Counted from the stretch's first letter, positions 29,641-40,817 are shown. The stretch: 64,000 nucleotides of DNA from an uncultured virus (IMG/VR IMGVR_UViG_3300027708_002678) (IMGVR_UViG_3300027708_002678); one strand, 5' to 3'. Numbers and translations are program-made. The notes: a model not told the origin generated them from the letters alone.

Positions 29641-30702
29641 ATGAATCAAGAACAAATTTCAAAATTAGAGTTGTCAATTGAGAATATGAAAAATAAGAAA
29701 TCAAGAATTTATCTTATTGCTCAAGACACAAAAGGTAATGCCAAAGCATCAATTGCTTATATCTATAGATTAGGATTGGCATTGTTAAACGCCGGTTATA
29801 ACCCAATCATTTTACACGAAACCCCTGATTATGCAGGAGTATCTGAATGGTTAGGTGAAGAGTATATGACTCTTCCACATAAATCGATTGAAGGTCAAAA
29901 CTTGGAAGTTTCTCCTGAAGATTTAATAATTATCCCTGAGTTATATGGGTTTATTATGTCGCAAATAACAAATTTACCTTGTGGTAAAATTGTATTATGT
30001 CAATCATATGATTATATGTTAGAAACATTACAACCAGGTCAAACTTGGAGTGAATTAGGATTTTTTAAATGTATTACAACTTCAAACAAACAAAAAGAAC
30101 AAATTGAAACGGTTATGAGAAATGTATCATTTGATATCTTAACACCTTATATTTCAGATAAATTTATACCTCAAGTATTACCAGCAAACCCAATCATTAC
30201 AGTACATTCAAGAGACCAACGAGATACCGCAAATTTAATTAAAACATTTTATATTAAATTTCCACAATATAGATGGATAACTTTTAGAGATATGAGAAAT
30301 TTAACTGAAAAAGAATTTGCAACAGGATTGCAAAATTCTTGTTTATCAGTATGGATTGATGATGTTAGTGGTTACGGAACATACCCTTTAGAATCTATGA
30401 AATGTGGTGTTCCTGTGATGGGATTAGTTCCTAATTTATTACCTGAATGGATGACTGAAGATAATGGATTATGGATTAATAATAAAATACAACTAGTTGA
30501 TTATATTGCCGATTATTTACAAAATTGGTTAGAGGACAATGTAAATGAAAATTTATTTGTTGAAATGAAAAAAACAGTTGATTCATTACCAACTAAAGAA
30601 ACTTTTGAAAAAGAATCTGTAAAATTGTTTGAAGGTTATTTAACCACTAGACAAAATTCATTTACAGAACAATTATCTAAACTACAAACAATTGAAGAAT
30701 AA
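29641..30702 (+). CDS. Glycosyltransferase-like protein (GT-B)
   Basis: IIIPE, GYGTYPLESMKCGVPV. Confidence 0.65.
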   Translation: MNQEQISKLELSIENMKNKKSRIYLIAQDTKGNAKASIAYIYRLGLALLNAGYNPIILHETPDYAGVSEWLGEEYMTLPHKSIEGQNLEVSPEDLIIIPELYGFIMSQITNLPCGKIVLCQSYDYMLETLQPGQTWSELGFFKCITTSNKQKEQIETVMRNVSFDILTPYISDKFIPQVLPANPIITVHSRDQRDTANLIKTFYIKFPQYRWITFRDMRNLTEKEFATGLQNSCLSVWIDDVSGYGTYPLESMKCGVPVMGLVPNLLPEWMTEDNGLWINNKIQLVDYIADYLQNWLEDNVNENLFVEMKKTVDSLPTKETFEKESVKLFEGYLTTRQNSFTEQLSKLQTIEE

Positions 30703-31516
30703 TATGGAAGAAATTAAAAAATTTGATGTATCGGTAATTTTACCAATTAAATCATCTAAAGTTAGAGATTTTGATGAATACTTTAAAAAATGTATTGAAT
30801 CATTAAAAATACAAAAAACAGAGATAAACGAACTTGTAATTGTTCATACAAATGAAACTTCATTGGTTGAATACTTAAATGGTTTTGACTTTGGTGACTT
30901 ACCTGTGGTTAAAATTGAATGGTCTAAAGAACCAAATTACGCAGCACAAATTAATTATGGCGTTAGAAGTGCCAAATCAACGTGGGTTTCTTTATTTGAA
31001 TTTGATGATGAATATTCGTCAATTTGGTTTAAAAATGTTTTAAAATATTCTGAAATATATTCAGATGTTCAAGCGTTCTTACCAATTGTGATTGATGTTG
31101 ACAATAATGAAAAATTTGCAGGGTTTACGAATGAGGCAACATTCGCGGCAAACTTCACACCTGAAATGGGTGTATTAACTAACGAAACTTTATTAGATTA
31201 TCAAAATTTCCAATTATCCGGAATTGTAATTAAAAAAGAATCATTCATTGATTACGGATTATTAAAACCATCATTTAAATTAACATTTGGGTATGAGTTC
31301 TTTTTAAGAATGACCTATAATTCAATTAAAATTATGTCAATACCAAGAATCGGTTACAAACATATGAATTTAAGAGAAGGTTCTATTTTTTGGAATTACA
31401 AAAACGGTGATGATGTTATTACACCAAATGAGGTTAAATTTTGGATTGAATCTGCAAAAAAAGAATATCTTTTTATTAATGACAGAGCCATAAAATACGA
31501 ACCACAAGAAGTTTAA
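30692..31516 (+). CDS. Glycosyltransferase family 2-like
   Basis: VSVILPI, INYGV, LFEFDDE. Confidence 0.7.
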   Translation: MKNNMEEIKKFDVSVILPIKSSKVRDFDEYFKKCIESLKIQKTEINELVIVHTNETSLVEYLNGFDFGDLPVVKIEWSKEPNYAAQINYGVRSAKSTWVSLFEFDDEYSSIWFKNVLKYSEIYSDVQAFLPIVIDVDNNEKFAGFTNEATFAANFTPEMGVLTNETLLDYQNFQLSGIVIKKESFIDYGLLKPSFKLTFGYEFFLRMTYNSIKIMSIPRIGYKHMNLREGSIFWNYKNGDDVITPNEVKFWIESAKKEYLFINDRAIKYEPQEV

Positions 31517-32265
31517 TGTCCGAACCAATTAATTTAACAGGAGATACCAGTGTTGAGTTAAAGAAGAAAGGTAGAAAACCCACCCAATTAAATTATTTTG
31601 ATGTTCGTGAAGAAATGGCTGTTATCCGGTTTTTAGAAACGGATTCCCCTCACGAAAGAAATAAAATTTATAATGAGTTTTTATTAAAACCTTTAGATAA
31701 GATGATATCTTCAATTATTAGAAGATACAAATTATATAGAAAAGATATGGACTTTAATGAAATCCATACAGATACTCACTCATTCTTAATAACAAAAATA
31801 GATAAGTTCAAGCCTTCTAAAGAAAAGAAGGCTTACTCTTATTTTGGAACCATATGTAAAAATTATCTTATGGGACAAATTATTAAGGACCAAAAAGAAA
31901 CTAATAGAAAAATTTCATACGAAGACATTTCAACTAGTTTAGAAAACGATGAAGAATTTGCCTATTACATTGAAAATGACGGTGTAGATTCCGAAAGAGT
32001 TATTCATCATTTTTTAATAAAATTAGATTTATTTATTAAAAATGAAAATCTAAGCGAAAATGAAATTAAACTTGGTCAGGCGTTATATGACTTATTTGAC
32101 AACTATGAAAATATTTTTGTCGGGAACGACAATAATAAGTTCAACAAAAATATAATATTACTCTCGTTAAGAGAAATGACTAACCTTTCTACCAAAGAAA
32201 TTAGAGGGTCTATGAAGAAATACAAAAATATGTATTTTGAATTGATTCAAACAATTATTAAATAA
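31516..32265 (+). CDS. Phage sigma factor, T4 gp55-like (late transcription)
   Basis: Sigma region-2-like KIDKFKPSKEKKAYSYFGTICKNYL resembles gp55-family FDPEK...AYFT.I. Confidence 0.6.
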   Translation: MSEPINLTGDTSVELKKKGRKPTQLNYFDVREEMAVIRFLETDSPHERNKIYNEFLLKPLDKMISSIIRRYKLYRKDMDFNEIHTDTHSFLITKIDKFKPSKEKKAYSYFGTICKNYLMGQIIKDQKETNRKISYEDISTSLENDEEFAYYIENDGVDSERVIHHFLIKLDLFIKNENLSENEIKLGQALYDLFDNYENIFVGNDNNKFNKNIILLSLREMTNLSTKEIRGSMKKYKNMYFELIQTIIK

Positions 32266-32290
32266 AATCTAATGATAAATATTTATTGTT

Positions 32291-32671
32291 ATGGGAAGAC
32301 CGACAAAAAAAGAAATTAATCTAAGTAAAGAATCAATGTTATCATTGATGCAGGAAATCTATAATGAACTTGTAGAACAAAGAAATACTGCAATCAGAAT
32401 TCAAAATAAAATGTTAACAATGATGAAGGACCCCGAAGATATGACAATCATAGGTCCGGTTATTGAAAAACAACAAAAAATTATAAATGATTGTGTTGAA
32501 AAAAAATTAACATTATCCAAACTACAAGCCGGTATGTGGGAAAAATCTAATAACTCAACTAATTCAGGTGGGGGATTCTCAATTACCGATTTAGGAGATG
32601 ATGAATTATTAAGAACGTTAATGGAGAAAGATATTTCAAAAGATAACGATTCTTATAAAATGAAAAAATAA
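32291..32671 (+). CDS. Hypothetical coiled-coil protein
   Basis: 126 aa ORF with TATTTAT at 32280-32286. Confidence 0.7.
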   Translation: MGRPTKKEINLSKESMLSLMQEIYNELVEQRNTAIRIQNKMLTMMKDPEDMTIIGPVIEKQQKIINDCVEKKLTLSKLQAGMWEKSNNSTNSGGGFSITDLGDDELLRTLMEKDISKDNDSYKMKK

Positions 32672-32677
32672 TATACT

Positions 32678-34576
32678 ATGCCATCATTAGACATAAATTT
32701 TGATTATAACAAAATTCAAAAAAAACTTAACGCGACTAAATCTTTTACAGATATTAAGTCGCAATATGATGAGGCAAATAAAAAGGCGGGAGAATCTTTT
32801 GAGAAGACAAAATCCCAAGTTTCCGAATCGTTAACAAGTGTTAAAAATCAAACTAAAAGATATCAAAAACAAGTTAAGAATCAGTTTGAACAACTTTTAG
32901 ATTTAACCAATATGTCCGGAGGAAACGGTAGTGGTTCTCCAAAATATATTAAAAGACTTTTAATTAGAACAATTAAAAACGTTCAACCAAGATTACGAAC
33001 AATAGTTATCAAAGATTGTTTAACCGCATTAGGTTGTGACCAGCAACAAACGTATACATCCTCCGGTCCTGTTTATGTGAGAGTTAGTTCTGTTGATTTA
33101 TTTAATAGACTATTAATTGACCCTCAAGACGAAGTAGGCGCAATTATTTATGAGAAAAATTTACCTCAACCAGGTCAGATTCCATTCTCAATGAATAGAC
33201 AATTACACGCATTAACAACACAAACTACAACTTATAATTACATCGGTAAATCAGGACAACCTTTATTTGATATTTCATATACAAATTCAGGTCCAAATGG
33301 TTTGAATGGTGATTGGTTTAAAGTTGATTTGAGTGGAGCTAGAGCAAACCCTCTTAAAGTTGGTGAATTTATGGTGGATTATTATGATACCATAAGAATG
33401 TCTGAAGATACTGATATAATAGGTTCAATTATGGAATCTTTGTCCGGTGCAATATCTATGAAAATTAATGCCGGAACATCACAAGTTCAAAACGCCAGTC
33501 AAGCCGAAGTAATATTAGCAAGAATATTAGGTCTTTGTTTTGATAGTGGTGGTAATGAAATAGACACTAGTGGTATTTCAAAACTTGCTGAATTAGATGG
33601 TATTGATGATTCATTTTTTGAGTTTACAGATATTGATTTAAGAAATATTGACATTAGAACCGCAAACATTAAAAAAGGAGTTATTCAATTTGAAGATTGT
33701 GATAATATAGAACTACCTGTTAATTTTAACGAAATTGTTGGTGCATTAGGTCAATTGAATCATTATGAAGGTTCTGAGTTTGAAAATGCAGCAAATAACG
33801 TAACTAATGTATTGGCTAATAATCCAGCTTGGGCTGGTATTGGTATAAACATTGACCCTCAAGTTGTTGTTGATACTAATTTTATAAAATTAATAACTAA
33901 CGGAATGATTGGGGCATTAATCACTCCAAAAATGATATTACCAATAATTGTTATGTATAAAGCTTTAGGTAATATATTGGCGGATAATATAAAATCATTC
34001 ACTGACTTCGCAAAAATATTTAAAAAATTCTTTATTAATTTAGTATCCAAAGTAGGTGCAATCTTTGTTGAGGAATTATATAAATTAATTAAAGAAGATA
34101 TTTTAAAATTAGTTCAACAAGTTATCCAAGATATTGCTAAAGAAAAAATTGTTAAAAAATACGCAATGATATTAAAATTATTGGCGTTATTATTGGCGAT
34201 TATTGGATTAATAACTGATTATCGTAAATGTAAAAATTTAATTGACGATATTCTTGCATTATTAAATTTATTAAATGTTCCGGGATTTGGTAGTGACATT
34301 CCATTACCAATATTATACGCAGCTCAATTATTGGATGGTTATTCAGAATCAAGAGCGTTTATTGGTGCTATTGAAGAAATGCAAAGTTTGGGTATCCCAA
34401 CCGGAGCGATGCCAAGTGGTGCACCAAATTTTGATATATTAGGTAAATTTGGACAAATGAAAGCTATGGCATTAGAAGAAGCCGAAAATAATAAACTTCA
34501 AGTCGCTGTTGGACCTTTAACGGTTACTCCCGCGTTTTTAACTGTTCCAACAAGTTCATACGGTAAAAAATTCTAA
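32678..34576 (+). CDS. Hypothetical protein, probably baseplate/tail associated
   Basis: 632 aa ORF upstream of the gp5-like gene; hydrophobic helices near the C-terminus. Confidence 0.6.
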   Translation: MPSLDINFDYNKIQKKLNATKSFTDIKSQYDEANKKAGESFEKTKSQVSESLTSVKNQTKRYQKQVKNQFEQLLDLTNMSGGNGSGSPKYIKRLLIRTIKNVQPRLRTIVIKDCLTALGCDQQQTYTSSGPVYVRVSSVDLFNRLLIDPQDEVGAIIYEKNLPQPGQIPFSMNRQLHALTTQTTTYNYIGKSGQPLFDISYTNSGPNGLNGDWFKVDLSGARANPLKVGEFMVDYYDTIRMSEDTDIIGSIMESLSGAISMKINAGTSQVQNASQAEVILARILGLCFDSGGNEIDTSGISKLAELDGIDDSFFEFTDIDLRNIDIRTANIKKGVIQFEDCDNIELPVNFNEIVGALGQLNHYEGSEFENAANNVTNVLANNPAWAGIGINIDPQVVVDTNFIKLITNGMIGALITPKMILPIIVMYKALGNILADNIKSFTDFAKIFKKFFINLVSKVGAIFVEELYKLIKEDILKLVQQVIQDIAKEKIVKKYAMILKLLALLLAIIGLITDYRKCKNLIDDILALLNLLNVPGFGSDIPLPILYAAQLLDGYSESRAFIGAIEEMQSLGIPTGAMPSGAPNFDILGKFGQMKAMALEEAENNKLQVAVGPLTVTPAFLTVPTSSYGKKF

Positions 34577-34578
34577 TT

Positions 34579-34800
34579 ATGAATAAAAAAGAAAAATCTG
34601 AAAAAGTATTACAAATTATTAAAGAATATAAAACATCTTCAAATAAAGATTTAATGCTTGCTATGGATTGTATTCAAGAAGATTTTGAATACACTAAAAA
34701 CTTAGTATTAAAATCAACAGAACAATTAGATAAGTTAGAATTAACTTACAATACGATATTAAAAGAATATAACAAAAGAGTGAAACCAAATGGAAATTAA
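34579..34800 (+). CDS. Hypothetical protein
   Basis: 73 aa coupled ORF. Confidence 0.6.
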   Translation: MNKKEKSEKVLQIIKEYKTSSNKDLMLAMDCIQEDFEYTKNLVLKSTEQLDKLELTYNTILKEYNKRVKPNGN

Positions 34801-36358
34801 TAATCAAAATATTCATCAAATAATATTTCCTGGTTATGTTTACGATAACCAAGACCCTATGATGTTAGGAAGACTTCGTGTTATTCCGGAAACAAAAAAT
34901 TATAATGATATCATAGCGTCAGTAGCCAATTGGAATGAAGAAACAGATAAATGGACATCCAAAGACCCGTTAATTTTTTTACCTTTATTACCGTTTTATA
35001 TTAGCCAAACACCTAAAAAAGACGAATATGTTCATATTATTTATATGAACAAAAAATTCCCATTTCAAAACCAATTCTATATACAGGGTCCGTTTTCATC
35101 CCCAATGACAACACCTTTTGAAAATTTTCAAGGAGCTAAAAAATTCTTAGCCACAGGGGATAGAATTAAACAAGGATTGAGTCTTAAAAATCAAGATGGA
35201 GAATATCGTGATGATAATAGTAAAGGTGTCTTCCCTGAACCGGGTGATAACGCTTTATTAGGTCGAGGAACTGCAGATGTTATTGTTAAAGAAAATGAAG
35301 TTTTAATTCGTGCAGGTAAAACAAAAGAATTGTCTAAAGATAAATTTCCAATAGGTAATCAAAATAGAGCGTTTTTACAATTAACAAGGTTTACACAAAC
35401 TAAACAAACGTTACCAACCGAAACAAATTATCGATTAGTTCAAGATATTCAATTAGTTAAGAAAATGATTGTTTGGGATATATCAACTTTAAACTCAAGT
35501 GCCGACGCATTTACAGGTTCAGTTAAATTATATAATCTTAAACCAAGTGCTAAAATTAATACAGAAAATTTTAAATACGACACAATATTAAATTTAACTA
35601 GTGGTGAAGATTATGGTGTTGAATTAGAATCGGTATCATTTATGGGTAAAACTTTTACTGATTCCGTTAAAACTATCAACGATTTTATTTCTAAAGTATT
35701 TGACCCAAATGTAACATTTACAGGGATTACAATAAATAACCCACAAAATTTTGGTGGTCAATTCCCTTTTGTTGTAACACCGTCAAAACAAACATATGAA
35801 ATTGGTAAAAAATTCGCACCAACATCCGCATTAGGTGAGATTCTTGAATATATTAATTACAAAAGATTTTTTAATAATATTAAATTAAATAACTCAAAAG
35901 AAGATGGTTGGTTTTTGGTTTCTGATAATAAAGGGGGTAAACCATTATTTGGTCCTTTATCAAATGTAAAAGAGGAATCTATTACTCCAACAACATTTAA
36001 AAGTGAGGATATCAGTTATGGTGTGTTAGGTGCTCAAAAAGTATTTTTATTATCTCAAAATTCTACAAGTCCTAAAGGACAAATTAATATTGCGAATACA
36101 TTATATGGTATACCACAAGATAAATTTGTTGGAGCGGGAGATACATTATTTGAAAAAACTTATTCAACCGTTAGAGGTGAAGAACTAATAAAACTAATTG
36201 AGAAAATAGTTGACTTCTTAAACAATCACGTTCACCCTCACGCCAATATGGTTCCGGATGAAGCAACTCAAGGTTCTAAAACAACTAAGACCAGTATCAA
36301 CCAATTATTATCCGATGTAAATAATACTGTCCTAAATCAAAATATTCGAATAAACTAA
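34790..36358 (+). CDS. Baseplate central spike/hub protein (gp5/gpV-like OB fold)
   Basis: N-terminal [17 protein letters not shown]...PLLP...PK.DE.V OB-fold pattern; C-terminal NHVHPH metal-binding tip motif. Confidence 0.7.
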   Translation: MEINNQNIHQIIFPGYVYDNQDPMMLGRLRVIPETKNYNDIIASVANWNEETDKWTSKDPLIFLPLLPFYISQTPKKDEYVHIIYMNKKFPFQNQFYIQGPFSSPMTTPFENFQGAKKFLATGDRIKQGLSLKNQDGEYRDDNSKGVFPEPGDNALLGRGTADVIVKENEVLIRAGKTKELSKDKFPIGNQNRAFLQLTRFTQTKQTLPTETNYRLVQDIQLVKKMIVWDISTLNSSADAFTGSVKLYNLKPSAKINTENFKYDTILNLTSGEDYGVELESVSFMGKTFTDSVKTINDFISKVFDPNVTFTGITINNPQNFGGQFPFVVTPSKQTYEIGKKFAPTSALGEILEYINYKRFFNNIKLNNSKEDGWFLVSDNKGGKPLFGPLSNVKEESITPTTFKSEDISYGVLGAQKVFLLSQNSTSPKGQINIANTLYGIPQDKFVGAGDTLFEKTYSTVRGEELIKLIEKIVDFLNNHVHPHANMVPDEATQGSKTTKTSINQLLSDVNNTVLNQNIRIN

Positions 36359-36380
36359 ATATTTATTGTTAAAAGATTTT

Positions 36381-37841
36381 ATGTCAATTAACAATTCATA
36401 TTTCAGTAAGAACAACACACTCATATCTCATAGCTTAACAAACACAGGAAGAAATCCTGTGACTGAGCTATTTTATGGTTCGTTAGCAACATCACAATAT
36501 CCAAACGGTTTTAGCCGATTTATCTTTGATTTAGACCTAACTCTATTACAAGAAAAAGTTTCTGATGGAACTATTTCAACAACTTGTAATGATACTATGG
36601 TTCATACATTAAGAATGGTTAATACATCAACTTTTAATCTTGAAACATTAAATACAACAACATCTCAAGGTAGATTAAGAGCAACATCATTTGATTTAAT
36701 ATTATTTAGAATCCCTAACAACCAATTATGGGATGAAGGGGTTGGATACGACTTCGCAGATTTGATATACGATTATAGTAATTCTGATAAAAATTTCTCA
36801 ACAAGACCATCCAATTGGATTCAAACCACAACATTAAGTGGTTGGACTGAACCGGGTATCTATAACAATATTAATTCAGGTTCAACACCATATAGTGCCA
36901 TAACAATAGTTGATACTCAACACTTCCAATTTGGAAATGAAAATATTTCATTTGATATGACAAGTGAAATTAATAGTATTTTAACGGGGGGATTAACCGG
37001 AGTTACTGGTTGGGGTATTGCTTATCTACCTCAAATTGAAAATTTAACAGGGTTAACCGAAAACTATGAAGTTCAATTTTTTACAAGACATACCCAAACA
37101 TTCTACGAACCATTCTTAGAAACAAACTACGATGACATAATTGATGATGATAGAAATAACTTTTCATTAGGTAAAGTAAATAAGTTATACCTATATCTAT
37201 ATGAAGACGGTAACCCAATTAATTTAGATTCATTACCCTCAGTATCAATTTCTGACGCAAGTGGAACACCAATACTTGGATTATCAACACCTAATTTAAG
37301 TGTTTGCCAAAGAACAAAAGGGGTTTATGAAGTTATTATCCCACCATTATTAGGATACAAAACACCTTGTTCATTTTATGATGTTTGGAGCGATTTATAC
37401 ATAAACGGATTTCAAGTAGATGATATAACAAATAGTTTCACATTATACCCATTTAAAAAATCAATCCAAATTGGAACAACAACTCAAGACCCAAAAGTTT
37501 ATGGTTTTGATTTTTACGGTATCAAACAAGATGAAAAAATATACAACACAGATATTAGAAAAGTCGGAGTGGTTATCAAACAAGCTTACACTACTCAAAA
37601 ATTATTACCAAACGTTGACGCTTATTATAGAGTATATGTTCGTGAAGGTCAAACTGAAGTTCAAGTTCAAGATTGGACAAAAATAAATAAAACCCCAAAT
37701 GAATACTATTTTATGTTTGATACTCGAGATAAAATACCTAACGAATATTACATTGATTTAAAGGTAACTAGTAGTGGGGAAATAAACACATATAAAAAAC
37801 AAATCAAATTCCAAATAGTAAATCTAAAATATTTGGAATAA
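36381..37841 (+). CDS. Hypothetical virion structural protein
   Basis: Beta-rich and Ser/Thr/Gly-rich; TATTTAT at 36360-36366. ATG 36381 is preferred over the TTG at 36366. Confidence 0.65.
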   Translation: MSINNSYFSKNNTLISHSLTNTGRNPVTELFYGSLATSQYPNGFSRFIFDLDLTLLQEKVSDGTISTTCNDTMVHTLRMVNTSTFNLETLNTTTSQGRLRATSFDLILFRIPNNQLWDEGVGYDFADLIYDYSNSDKNFSTRPSNWIQTTTLSGWTEPGIYNNINSGSTPYSAITIVDTQHFQFGNENISFDMTSEINSILTGGLTGVTGWGIAYLPQIENLTGLTENYEVQFFTRHTQTFYEPFLETNYDDIIDDDRNNFSLGKVNKLYLYLYEDGNPINLDSLPSVSISDASGTPILGLSTPNLSVCQRTKGVYEVIIPPLLGYKTPCSFYDVWSDLYINGFQVDDITNSFTLYPFKKSIQIGTTTQDPKVYGFDFYGIKQDEKIYNTDIRKVGVVIKQAYTTQKLLPNVDAYYRVYVREGQTEVQVQDWTKINKTPNEYYFMFDTRDKIPNEYYIDLKVTSSGEINTYKKQIKFQIVNLKYLE

Positions 37842-37865
37842 TCAGATATTTATAAATAAAAAATT

Positions 37866-38249
37866 ATGGCAAATAGATATTTTACAGGAACAAGCTGTGG
37901 TGATAGTTCATATATAACATTCATTGCTGATGACACAATCCTTACAGCGAATACACTTAACAAAATTTATCAATTAGGTAGTGGTCAGTGTATTACCTTA
38001 ACGGCATCAGGTGCAACCACAAACAATTACGTTACCGCAGGTATCTTTTATGGTCCTTATACTTCTTGTACTCAATGTATAACACCGGCTAACTCAGCAG
38101 GAAACACATCAATAATATGTGCCACTTGTGATGGCTCAACTTTTACTGCAACAACAGTTTCTCACGGAATATACACTAACGGACAAAATAGAGCAATTTC
38201 ACAAAATAACACGGTTTCCATCGGAGGCTTTAACGGATTAAATAACTAA
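37866..38249 (+). CDS. Small Cys/Thr-rich protein, possibly virion decoration
   Basis: 127 aa ORF with the YTSCTQC module; TATTTAT at 37847-37853. Confidence 0.65.
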   Translation: MANRYFTGTSCGDSSYITFIADDTILTANTLNKIYQLGSGQCITLTASGATTNNYVTAGIFYGPYTSCTQCITPANSAGNTSIICATCDGSTFTATTVSHGIYTNGQNRAISQNNTVSIGGFNGLNN

Positions 38250-38251
38250 AT

Positions 38252-38286
38252 AAAAAAAGAGAAATTAATTTTTCTCTTTTTTTTTT
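38252..38286. terminator. Bidirectional-type intrinsic terminator
   Basis: AAAAAAAGAGAAA-ttaat-TTTTCTCTTTTTTTTT. Confidence 0.7.
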
Positions 38287-38351
38287 ACCATTTTATTTTT
38301 TATTGTCAAAAATATCCTTACATTTGTACCATAAATAAAATCAAGGACAAA

Positions 38352-38792
38352 ATGAAAAGAATATTTAAATTTTTTAAAAGATTAGCGATTAGACGTATTG
38401 CAAAGGCAAGAAATCAATTTGATTACCAAGACCCGGGATTATTGGGTGATGTTCATATCTGTAAAGCAATCTGTCGTAAACTTATTACAAGTGAAGGTTC
38501 TAAATTTTTAATCGCACCATTATCAGCACAAAGATATATTAAACATTCTGAACTTGGAATATTCGTTATCCTTGACGATAAAAAAATTAGTGTAATCAAT
38601 CACGAATACTACTATAGTAATATCTTAATGTCAAATAGAGATTGGGATAAACTAACAAAGATGTATGATACAAAAGTAGAACGCATCCGACAAGAATTAA
38701 AAAATGAAATGAAATCTCAAATCAAATACTCCTTAAAGAATATTTTAGATAGAGTGGACAAATCTAAAAAAACAAAAACTCCTACTGAGTAA
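38352..38792 (+). CDS. Hypothetical protein
   Basis: 146 aa ORF preceded by TACATTTG (TAnnTTTG) at 38319-38326. Confidence 0.65.
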   Translation: MKRIFKFFKRLAIRRIAKARNQFDYQDPGLLGDVHICKAICRKLITSEGSKFLIAPLSAQRYIKHSELGIFVILDDKKISVINHEYYYSNILMSNRDWDKLTKMYDTKVERIRQELKNEMKSQIKYSLKNILDRVDKSKKTKTPTE

Positions 38793-38804
38793 GGGTTTTT
38801 TTAT

Positions 38805-39797
38805 TTAAAACATATCTTCAAGTTTATCTAAATGTTTTTTAACAATCTCTAAGTCACCAATGTCGGTATAATCAAATCCTTTACTCTTTAAAGTCTGAAC
38901 CTCAGTGTGTAAATGTAACATCATTTGTTTAATCATATTTGACATTGTAGGATACGATTCAATCATTTTATCCAAATGATAAGATTCTTTTGGTAATTTT
39001 AAAACATCCCCAATTTTCTTAACCCAATCCTTACCATAATTGTCCGCATCCATTTCCATCTCCCAATAGATTTTAAAGAACTCTTCAAAATCCTCAATAT
39101 CCCCCATATATGAATCCTTCATATCAAAATCCTTCATTTGTTGTTCGTGTTTTAATTCGTGGAATAACACATAAACAAACGAGGCAAAATTGGAAAACAT
39201 CTCAGGTGAACATATTATAATCATATTACTTGTTCTCACACCTTTAAAACCAGTGTTACAAGAATTTAATACTTTTATCACATACCCTCTATCCTGAATA
39301 AAATCTTTTATCTTTTCAGCAATTAAATTAAAATGATTAATTTTATCCTCAGGAATATCTTTTCTAAATTTATCAATAACTCTATCGTAATTTGAACTTG
39401 TTTTTAGACCATTTGGGACAATATCTTCCAAAATGGTATCATTGGTTATCTCAACCCATTCTGTTACAATAGGGACTATTTTCTGACCTTTTTTGCCGGG
39501 CGTTTGATTAATGTTATCACCATCATCATCATTCATCATAGGGTGATTTTTAATTTTTTTAGAAATTTTTAAGGCTTCCCTCTCCATTTTAACAATCTTA
39601 TTCTTTGGAGTACTCATTTGACCATCATAACTATCATACGCCAACTCAGCATCATCATATTTTGATGTCGCCACAGTGAAAGGTTGTAATTGTTCTTTAT
39701 TAAAAAGTCTAACACCCGGACTCATTGGAATTCTAAATGAACCCGAACCACCAGTACCTGTCGCCTCTTTAATCTGTATTTTGTTATTTTTGTTCAT
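38805..39797 (-). CDS. Hypothetical protein with a zincin-like HExxH motif
   Basis: VLFHELKHEQQ...WEMEMDAD. Confidence 0.55.
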   Translation of the reverse strand: MNKNNKIQIKEATGTGGSGSFRIPMSPGVRLFNKEQLQPFTVATSKYDDAELAYDSYDGQMSTPKNKIVKMEREALKISKKIKNHPMMNDDDGDNINQTPGKKGQKIVPIVTEWVEITNDTILEDIVPNGLKTSSNYDRVIDKFRKDIPEDKINHFNLIAEKIKDFIQDRGYVIKVLNSCNTGFKGVRTSNMIIICSPEMFSNFASFVYVLFHELKHEQQMKDFDMKDSYMGDIEDFEEFFKIYWEMEMDADNYGKDWVKKIGDVLKLPKESYHLDKMIESYPTMSNMIKQMMLHLHTEVQTLKSKGFDYTDIGDLEIVKKHLDKLEDMF

Positions 39798-39825
39798 ATA
39801 CTTATAAATATACTAAAATTTAATT

Positions 39826-40050
39826 ATGGAACAACAACCTGAACTATTTGGAAAGTTATTTGAATCAATCCCAATTCACACCGAAGAACACTTAGACGCA
39901 ATCCTTGATACTATGACAAAGGAACACGCAATCTATTACCTAACACAAGCCGTAAAATACGCATACCAAGCAGGAATATACTCAATAGGTGAATGTGAAG
40001 TAATCTCAAAATCAATTAGAATCACCAATAAAAAAGAAAAAGAGGACTAA
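39826..40050 (+). CDS. Hypothetical protein
   Basis: 74 aa ORF whose stop overlaps the HNH stop inside a hairpin. Confidence 0.6.
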   Translation: MEQQPELFGKLFESIPIHTEEHLDAILDTMTKEHAIYYLTQAVKYAYQAGIYSIGECEVISKSIRITNKKEKED

Positions 40051-40736
40051 TTGTCCTCTAATATTTTATTCGACTTACGGATATTTTCCTCACCCCACAT
40101 TGGTTGAAGATTATCCAAACACCAACACTTCATAAACTCCTCGTCTCCAATTTCCTGTATGTCAAATGATGTAATAGGTAATTTATGGTCTACGTGCCAT
40201 ACCCCGTAATTTTCCCACGTCATATCATCCTTAAATTGGTTTTCTAAATGAACAATCAATTCCTCAGGACTATATTGTAGAACATCAAAGTAATGTCCGT
40301 TCTTCTCCACATTACTCTCCTTTAAAACCTGATATATCGCAGTTCTGAAATTAGAGATTAGTTTATAGAGGGGGTCAGACGATTTACGATTTCTTTCGTA
40401 ATCACGTTTTATTTGACGAATTTTATCTACATTATTTTCTCGGTACTCTTTAATATATTCATTCCATTTATCTTTGTTATTTTCATACCAAATTTTATGT
40501 TTTTTAGATAATTTTTCTTTATTTTTTTCTCTGTATTTTTTATCAGCAACTTTTTTACCCCCAATATTTCTTCTACCGGATGGACCAAGAACAACACCAT
40601 TATCTCTTAATGTATTTAGAACAATTGTTTTATGTATTTTTAATTTTTCACTAATAGTGGGGGAACCTAATAAATCTTCAGTATAAAGTTTTATGATTTC
40701 ACTGACCTGTGATTCTGTTAATTCTATTTTTCTCAT
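40047..40736 (-). CDS. HNH homing endonuclease-like protein
   Basis: N-terminal HTH, Lys/Arg-rich helix and WHVDHKLP...NLQPMW..EN..KSNK. Likely start MRKIEL at 40736. Confidence 0.8.
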   Translation of the reverse strand: MRKIELTESQVSEIIKLYTEDLLGSPTISEKLKIHKTIVLNTLRDNGVVLGPSGRRNIGGKKVADKKYREKNKEKLSKKHKIWYENNKDKWNEYIKEYRENNVDKIRQIKRDYERNRKSSDPLYKLISNFRTAIYQVLKESNVEKNGHYFDVLQYSPEELIVHLENQFKDDMTWENYGVWHVDHKLPITSFDIQEIGDEEFMKCWCLDNLQPMWGEENIRKSNKILEDN

Positions 40737-40789
40737 ATTAATAAATATAATATATTTGTCCAAAAAATCAACTATAACAAAATTAAAAT

Positions 40790-40817
40790 AAAAAAAAGGG
40801 ACATATAGTCCCTTTTT
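40790..40817 (-). terminator. Intrinsic terminator after the major capsid gene
   Basis: AAAAAGGGAC-atata-GTCCCTTTTT. Confidence 0.8.
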
